A stretch of 64,000 bases of DNA. Source: Candidatus Udaeobacter sp. GTDB taxonomy: Bacteria > Patescibacteriota > Patescibacteriia > Magasanikbacterales > GWA2-37-8. The translations under genes were made by a program, and so were the position numbers. Below, one piece after another: positions 58,555-64,000 of the stretch. The stretch lies in contig DATION010000006.1 in NCBI GenBank assembly GCA_035473115.1, positions 64,521-128,520 on the forward strand, given 5' to 3'. Each line of letters opens with the position of its first letter. Positions within the stretch are counted from its first letter, which is position 1. The notes under the pieces are model-generated. The model was not told the origin of the DNA, ran no database searches, and saw nothing but the letters and a program-made list of their open reading frames with translations.

Positions 58555-58857
58555 ATGTCTATATCCATTGAAGAGGTAAAAAAGATCGCTCAACTGGCTA
58601 GAATTAAGCTAGAACCGGAAGAGGAAAAGCATTATGCCGAAACTATTTCGGTTGTTTTGGATTATATTAAAATTTTAAATGAGGTTGATACGACTGGAGT
58701 TGAGCAAACTTACCAAGTGACTGGTTTGGCAGATGTTGTTCGTCAGGATGAGCCAAGTGATTCTATTTTTAAAAAGGAATTAATGGCTCAAATGCCAGAA
58801 GTGCAAAATGATGAATTGGTTGTGCCGGAAGTGTTTGCCGAAGTAGAGGAGTCATAA
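58555..58857 (+). CDS. gatC: Asp/Glu-tRNA amidotransferase subunit C
   Basis: ISIEEVKKIAQLARI, LNEVDTTGVE, RQDE, VPEV; TTGCCA-17-TAAAAT promoter ends 7 nt before the ATG. Confidence 0.93.
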   Translation: MSISIEEVKKIAQLARIKLEPEEEKHYAETISVVLDYIKILNEVDTTGVEQTYQVTGLADVVRQDEPSDSIFKKELMAQMPEVQNDELVVPEVFAEVEES

Positions 58858-58862
58858 TTTTT

Positions 58863-60281
58863 ATGCTAAATGAACTAACAATTAAAGAAGCCGCTGAAGG
58901 TTTAAAAAATAAAAAGTTTACGTCTGTGGAATTGACACAGGCTTGTTTGGATAGAATTAAAACAAGAAATAAAGATATAAACGCTTTTATTACTGTTTGT
59001 GAAGAATCCGCTTTGGCAGAAGCAAAAGTTGCCGACGCTTTGCTTAAAAGCGGCCAGGCCGGCCCTTTGACCGGTATTCCATTTTCCGTAAAAGATGCTA
59101 TCTGCACAGCTGAAGTGCGCTCTACCGCCGCGGCAAAAATTTTAGATAATTATGTGCCGCCGTTTAATGCCACAGTAATTGAAAGAATTAGAAAACAAGG
59201 GGGTATATTGGTTGGCAAAAATAATTGCGATGCTTTTGGTCATGGCGCCAGCAACGAAAATAGCATGTATGGTCCGGTGCGTAATCCACATGATTTATCC
59301 AAAGTTGCCGGCGGGTCATCCGGAGGTTCAGCCGCGGCTGTGGCCGACAATATGTGCCTTTATTCTATTGGCGAAGATACGGGCGGTTCTATTCGCCAGC
59401 CGGCCAGTTTGTGCGGAGTGGTAGGTTTGCGTCCCAGCTATGGCCGCAATTCGCGTTATGGAATTATGCAGATGGCCGCTTCATTGGATACAGTGGGTCC
59501 GGTAACTAAAACAGTTTATGATGCTGCTTTGGTGATGGAACAGATTGCTGGTAAAGATTCTTTGGATGCCACCACAGCTGACAGCCCAGTGCCAAATTAC
59601 AGTCAAGAAATTGAAGCCAAAATTGCCGGTATGCGTATTGGCGTGCCGCGGGAATATTTTGAACTGGAAGGTTTAGACGATGAAGTAAGAAAAATAACCG
59701 AACAGCAGATCGCTAAGTTAAAAGACTTAGGCTGTAAAATTGAAGAAGTAAGTTTGCCATACACCAAATATGCTGTGGCTGTTTATTATATAACAGTTCC
59801 CAGTGAAGACAGTTCAAGCTTAGCCAGAATGGATGGTATTAGATATGGTGTCAGAGCCAAAGGCAAAGATCTTTATGATTTATATGCCAGTTCGCGCACT
59901 CAGGGATTCCCCGAAGAAGTAAAGCGTCGCATTTTGATCGGCACTTACGCTTTGTCGGCCGGATACTATGACGCTTATTATAAAAAAGCGGCTGCTGTCC
60001 GCACTTTAATAAACAAAGATTTTACAGATGTCTTTAAAAAAGTTGACGCGCTAATTACTCCTACCTCTCCGTTTACCGCTTTTGGTATTGGTGAGAAAAA
60101 AGACAATGCGCTGGCTTTGTATTTGGCCGATATCATGGTCAGTCCGGCCTCAATTGCCGGTGTGCCAGCAATTTCGGTTAATGCTGGAGTTTTAAATGGC
60201 TTACCGGTTGGTATACAAATTATCGGTCCAAGACTAAAAGAAGAAACAATAATGAGAGTTGGGCACTGGTTGGAAAAATAA
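58863..60281 (+). CDS. gatA: Asp/Glu-tRNA amidotransferase subunit A
   Basis: Amidase signature GGSSGGSAAAV, DTGGSIRQPA, EVKRRILIGTYALSAGYYDAYY. Confidence 0.97.
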   Translation: MLNELTIKEAAEGLKNKKFTSVELTQACLDRIKTRNKDINAFITVCEESALAEAKVADALLKSGQAGPLTGIPFSVKDAICTAEVRSTAAAKILDNYVPPFNATVIERIRKQGGILVGKNNCDAFGHGASNENSMYGPVRNPHDLSKVAGGSSGGSAAAVADNMCLYSIGEDTGGSIRQPASLCGVVGLRPSYGRNSRYGIMQMAASLDTVGPVTKTVYDAALVMEQIAGKDSLDATTADSPVPNYSQEIEAKIAGMRIGVPREYFELEGLDDEVRKITEQQIAKLKDLGCKIEEVSLPYTKYAVAVYYITVPSEDSSSLARMDGIRYGVRAKGKDLYDLYASSRTQGFPEEVKRRILIGTYALSAGYYDAYYKKAAAVRTLINKDFTDVFKKVDALITPTSPFTAFGIGEKKDNALALYLADIMVSPASIAGVPAISVNAGVLNGLPVGIQIIGPRLKEETIMRVGHWLEK

Positions 60282-60304
60282 AAATAAAATTTAAATAAAT
60301 AATT

Positions 60305-61672
60305 ATGCCTAAAAATTCAAGCTTAAAAGAAGATTCTCTGTCCAAAGCTGAAGAGGCGGAAAATTTATCAACTGCTGTTACCAGCAGCGCCGGCGCGGTG
60401 GTAAATTACCGTGATAGTTGGAGAATTTTTAGAATCATCAGTGAGTTTGTGGAAGGCTATCAATTTTTGGCTGATTTAAAAAAAGAAGTTACAATTTTGG
60501 GCTCAGCCCGTATTCCCAGAAATAATAAATATTATAAAATCGCCGAGGATTTGGGTTATTTATTGGGAAAAAATGGTTTTACCACCATCACCGGCGGTGG
60601 CCCGGGGATTATGGAAGCAGCTAATAAAGGCGCGTTTGAAGGCGGCGGGCCATCTGTAGGTCTTAATATTCAGTTGCCGTTTGAACAGCGCATCAATCCA
60701 TACGTAAATAAATCAATCGCTTTTTATTATTTTTTCAGCCGTAAAGTAATTCTAACTTCACCGGCTAATGCGTTTGTATTTTTTCCAGGCGGTTTTGGTA
60801 CCTTAGACGAATTTTTTGAAGTGGTTGATAATATGGAAATTGGCTATATGCCAAAAGTACCGATAATTCTGGTTGATAGTGAATTTTGGAATCCGATTGT
60901 CAGTTTTTTGAAAGCCAAATCATCTCGGGAAGTTCATTCTGTGAGCGAAGAAGAGATAGACAGATGGCATATTGTCGATACTGCTAAGGAAGCCTTTGAG
61001 TTTATTAAAGATACTCCGGATGCGCCCCATGTTTGCGAACCAGGTTCTCATAGTCTGTATTGTGAAGGCGGATTGGAATGGAACATTTTTCGGGTAATGG
61101 CTGAATTAGTGGACGGTTTTGAATTTTTAACCAAAACATCTCGAGGAGTTACAGTTTTGGGCACAAAGAGTTTGTTAGCCGGCACGCCTTATTACAACGC
61201 CGCTTACGAAACCGGTAAAATTTTGGCGCAAAATCAGTTTGCCACGATCACCGGCGGCGGGCCAGGGATTATGGAGGCAGCCAATAAAGGCGCGTTTGAA
61301 AAAGGCGGCGTCAGTTTGGGTATAAATATGCGCGTTGAAAAAGGGGAAAGAGTAAATAATTATATTACCAAATCAATTGGCTTCTTTTTTCCATTTGTAC
61401 GCAAATTAATTATTACTACGCCTTCGGAAGCGTTTATCTATTTCCCGGGCGGCTTTGGCACGCTGCACCAATTGTTTGAAATGCTTACTTTGCAAGAAAC
61501 AAAAAAAATTGAACCAATTACCACGTTGCTTTATGGTAAAGATTTTTGGCAGCCGCTGGCCGATATTATTCATAACTTACGCTATAAATTTAAAACTATC
61601 AGTCAGATTGATGAAGACTCTCTAAAGATTATTAATGATCCGCAAGAAATTTTGCCTTATCTAAAAAAGTAA
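60305..61672 (+). CDS. Tandem two-domain LOG family (TIGR00730-like) protein
   Basis: TITGGGPGIMEAANKGAFE twice; PGGFGTLDE and PGGFGTLHQ. Confidence 0.92.
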   Translation: MPKNSSLKEDSLSKAEEAENLSTAVTSSAGAVVNYRDSWRIFRIISEFVEGYQFLADLKKEVTILGSARIPRNNKYYKIAEDLGYLLGKNGFTTITGGGPGIMEAANKGAFEGGGPSVGLNIQLPFEQRINPYVNKSIAFYYFFSRKVILTSPANAFVFFPGGFGTLDEFFEVVDNMEIGYMPKVPIILVDSEFWNPIVSFLKAKSSREVHSVSEEEIDRWHIVDTAKEAFEFIKDTPDAPHVCEPGSHSLYCEGGLEWNIFRVMAELVDGFEFLTKTSRGVTVLGTKSLLAGTPYYNAAYETGKILAQNQFATITGGGPGIMEAANKGAFEKGGVSLGINMRVEKGERVNNYITKSIGFFFPFVRKLIITTPSEAFIYFPGGFGTLHQLFEMLTLQETKKIEPITTLLYGKDFWQPLADIIHNLRYKFKTISQIDEDSLKIINDPQEILPYLKK

Positions 61673-61675
61673 CGC

Positions 61676-62470
61676 ATGATTCCTTTTTTTCAGTTTCAAA
61701 CTATTGCTCTTGGACCAGTCACTATTTATGTTTGGGGGCTTTTGGTATCTTTGGGAGTGATTTCCGCTATAACCTTTTCTTATTTTTTGGCCAAGAAGTA
61801 TCTGCTTTCCGGAGAGGTAATTTTGGATATGGCTATTTGGGTGCTGCTCGGCGCGTTTATTATGGCGAGGATTTTTTATGTTTTATTTTACAATCCGGTA
61901 TACTTTGTAGATAATCCAATGGAAATAATTAAAATATGGAATGGAGGATCTTCGTCACTGGGCGGGTTTGTAGGCGCAGCGGCCAGTTTATGGCTGTTTG
62001 CCAAAAAAAGACATTTTAGTTTTAAGGAATTACTGCCATACTTTGATGTGGCTGCGCTGGGGTTTTGGTTGGGTTGGGGAATTGGCCGTATTGGTTGTTT
62101 TTTGATTCATGATCACCCTGGCACGCTTACACATTTTATCTTGGGTGTGAAATTTCCAGATGGTGTACGGTTTGATTTAGGTCTAATGGAATCAATTTTA
62201 GGTTTTGTTTTATTTATTATTTTTGCTTTATTGTTTAAAAAATTAGTCAAAACTCGTTTTGGGTTGGTGGCTAGCCGTTCGATAATTGGTTATGCAGCTG
62301 CTCGGTTTTTGTTGGATTTTTTGCGAGCCACGCCCGATTTTCCGGGCGGCGATGTGCGCTACTGGGCTTTAACACCAGCGCAATGGGGGATGATAGCTGT
62401 AATAATTGGGTTGACTTTGGTGTCTGTTTTGGGTAAGATGATGAAACAGAAAAACGGAGAGGTCGCATAG
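61676..62470 (+). CDS. lgt: Prolipoprotein diacylglyceryl transferase family (divergent)
   Basis: LGPVTIY.WG, ARIFYV, KIWNGG, IGRIGCF, RFLLDFLR, LTPAQW; multi-TM. Confidence 0.85.
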   Translation: MIPFFQFQTIALGPVTIYVWGLLVSLGVISAITFSYFLAKKYLLSGEVILDMAIWVLLGAFIMARIFYVLFYNPVYFVDNPMEIIKIWNGGSSSLGGFVGAAASLWLFAKKRHFSFKELLPYFDVAALGFWLGWGIGRIGCFLIHDHPGTLTHFILGVKFPDGVRFDLGLMESILGFVLFIIFALLFKKLVKTRFGLVASRSIIGYAAARFLLDFLRATPDFPGGDVRYWALTPAQWGMIAVIIGLTLVSVLGKMMKQKNGEVA

Positions 62471-62540
62471 TGGCCTAGTGCGTACGCTTGGAAAGCGTAT
62501 ATATCGAAAGGTATCGAGGGTTCGACTCCCTCCCTCTCCG
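62456..62540 (+). tRNA. tRNA-Ser(GGA)
   Basis: Acceptor GGAGAGG/CCTCTCC, anticodon arm TACGC-TTGGAAA-GCGTA, long variable arm, T-loop GGTTCGACTCC. Confidence 0.96.
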
Positions 62541-62712
62541 CAGCAAAACAAAGTGAAGCGAATAAGATAGTTTACGCAACCAAACTGTTTTGGTTGCGTA
62601 TGGGAGGAGAACGCCGGAGCCATGTCCGCTCGCGCGGATGGTGAGGCGGTGGCTAACCCGAGTCCTGCTTAGCGGGACGAGAGGTGAAGCCGACTCCCTC
62701 CCTCTCCGCAGC
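62523..62712 (+). repeat. 22-bp direct repeat of the tRNA-Ser 3' end flanking a 146-bp structured insert
   Basis: CGACTCCCTCCCTCTCCGCAGC at 62523-62544 and 62691-62712. Confidence 0.9.
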
Positions 62713-62714
62713 GA

Positions 62715-62751
62715 AATTAAAAAAGAACCCATTATGGGTTCTTTTTTAATT
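62715..62751. terminator. Bidirectional terminator
   Basis: AATTAAAAAAGAACCCA-TTA-TGGGTTCTTTTTTAATT. Confidence 0.85.
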
Positions 62752-62761
62752 CGTATTCTAT

Positions 62762-64000
62762 CTAAGCATTTGGATCACCATTTACCGGCGGAACTGTTGT
62801 AGGGGCAGTACTGCCAACACTTACATAGAAGTAAGTCTCGCCGTCAGCGCTATCAAAGGTTAATGAACCGTTACTGTCTGTATTAACATTCATAGTTCGG
62901 CTTACAGCGCCTTGAGCATTGGTTACAGATACTACATAAGCTGCGCTAGGTACAAGGTCATTAACTAAGTGTTTGTGAGTTCCAGCGGAAGGCAAAGCAT
63001 ACTGTACATTACCACCAAAGGTTCGATCAAAGGCTGCAAATAATGTTGCCCACAAAGTACCATTAGCAGAAACCTCTGTACCCTGAACATTTCTATCCAC
63101 AGATTTGATTAATTTTGCTGTGGTCATTGAACCAACGCTGCTGGCCGAAGCTTGGAAGACATGTAAGAATACATCCTTTGTATTGCCAGAAGTTGTTTCT
63201 TGGTAGTTGGTAGAAACAATTCCATCTTGTCCATTTAATTGGCTAGTAACCGGAGCAGCGCTAGGAGCAAGCAGAGGCTGCATAAATAGGGTACTGGTGC
63301 CAACTGTAGTAGACCAGATGCCACCTTGATTATTAAGAGGACCGCCAAAGTTCAAGTTAAATATTTTCTTTACGCCAGCGTTAGCTGTCTGAATTTGATC
63401 AAAGACAACGATCTTGTCTGGACGTAGGAATACAACTGAGCGCAAGCCCTGAGTGACAGAATTGGAAACTCCGTCATTATTTGTATAGGCAGGAGCGATA
63501 TCGGCTTTACCATAGGTGAATAGTCCATTTTCCATTCGTTTGGTGATTTGAGAGTTTTGATCCCACCAACCAGCCTGACCAGGAGGGTAAACAGAATGGT
63601 TACCAAATCCGCGATCATCAATACCAATGGTGTTGTGCCATGGTAGCGTGTCGCTATCGCCATATGCGCCAGCGTCTCGTAGTAAGTCTTTACCAGCACG
63701 GTTAATTTCTATATGTCCGGCATCCATATGTTGATGGGCAGCTACAACGTCGTTAGAAGCGAGAGACATCCAAACCGCATTGGTACTCCAGTCAGAGCGA
63801 GAGAATATTGGGCTCTGAACTTTTCCTAGGAATGATAATGGATATGAATTGCGGTAATCAGTTACACTGCCCATTGGATTTTCACCAAGTTCTTGCAAGA
63901 GTTTGCCAGCAAATGGAGCGGTAGGATTGTTTGGCAAGTATTGGCGCAGTGCTTTCAAACCAGTATCAATTGGAGTAGCTGGAGCAGGAGACCAGTCACC
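62762..64000 (-). CDS. Heparinase II/III-like (polysaccharide lyase-type) protein, C-terminal part (partial)
   Basis: Frame open to the window end; RSDWS, HQHMDAGH..I, D.G.Y, HNTI motifs of the Hepar_II_III beta-sandwich. Confidence 0.7.
   Translation of the reverse strand, partial: GDWSPAPATPIDTGLKALRQYLPNNPTAPFAGKLLQELGENPMGSVTDYRNSYPLSFLGKVQSPIFSRSDWSTNAVWMSLASNDVVAAHQHMDAGHIEINRAGKDLLRDAGAYGDSDTLPWHNTIGIDDRGFGNHSVYPPGQAGWWDQNSQITKRMENGLFTYGKADIAPAYTNNDGVSNSVTQGLRSVVFLRPDKIVVFDQIQTANAGVKKIFNLNFGGPLNNQGGIWSTTVGTSTLFMQPLLAPSAAPVTSQLNGQDGIVSTNYQETTSGNTKDVFLHVFQASASSVGSMTTAKLIKSVDRNVQGTEVSANGTLWATLFAAFDRTFGGNVQYALPSAGTHKHLVNDLVPSAAYVVSVTNAQGAVSRTMNVNTDSNGSLTFDSADGETYFYVSVGSTAPTTVPPVNGDPNA

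Noticed and set aside
62369-62802. Short ORFs over tRNA-Ser and its downstream element (also 10037-10246 over tRNA-Ile)
   Set aside because: They overlap tRNA or structured sequence with no coding signal

Overview
Ordinary chromosomal window from an AT-rich, reduced-genome bacterium. The 16S primer-site variants, the stand-alone 16S gene, VirB2-type pilin domains and start codons without Shine-Dalgarno (SD) sites point to Patescibacteria/CPR, probably Parcubacteria/ABY1 (inference). Core genes: smc 3' end, rpsP-khpA-trmD, 16S rRNA, tRNA-Val/Ile/Ser, lepB, hisS, rpsU, ybeY-dgkA, ftsA-ftsZ, nrdR, pyk, glyA, gatC-gatA, lgt. No CRISPR array, transposase, integrase or prophage was recognised. Main points of interest: (1) an Elp3 gene set head-to-head, 3 bp apart, with a Trm9/ALKBH8-like methyltransferase, suggesting a eukaryote/archaea-type mcm5U34 tRNA pathway in a bacterium; (2) a 16-kb surface operon with two pilin-anchored Ig/Cys-rich proteins (one of 2255 aa), a LamG protein apparently split off through a pilin-like domain, and three Ca-binding repeat proteins; (3) a redox/copper region with an RnfD-like/FAD-oxidoreductase/Rieske fusion next to a cupredoxin, plus an FMN-binding/ApbE/RnfD-FNR flavinylation module with a duplicated candidate ECF promoter; (4) an extended SD on rpsU, unlike the other core genes, resembling bS21 autoregulation; (5) a small structured element that duplicates the tRNA-Ser 3' end. 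All family calls come from motif recognition by eye, not from database searches.
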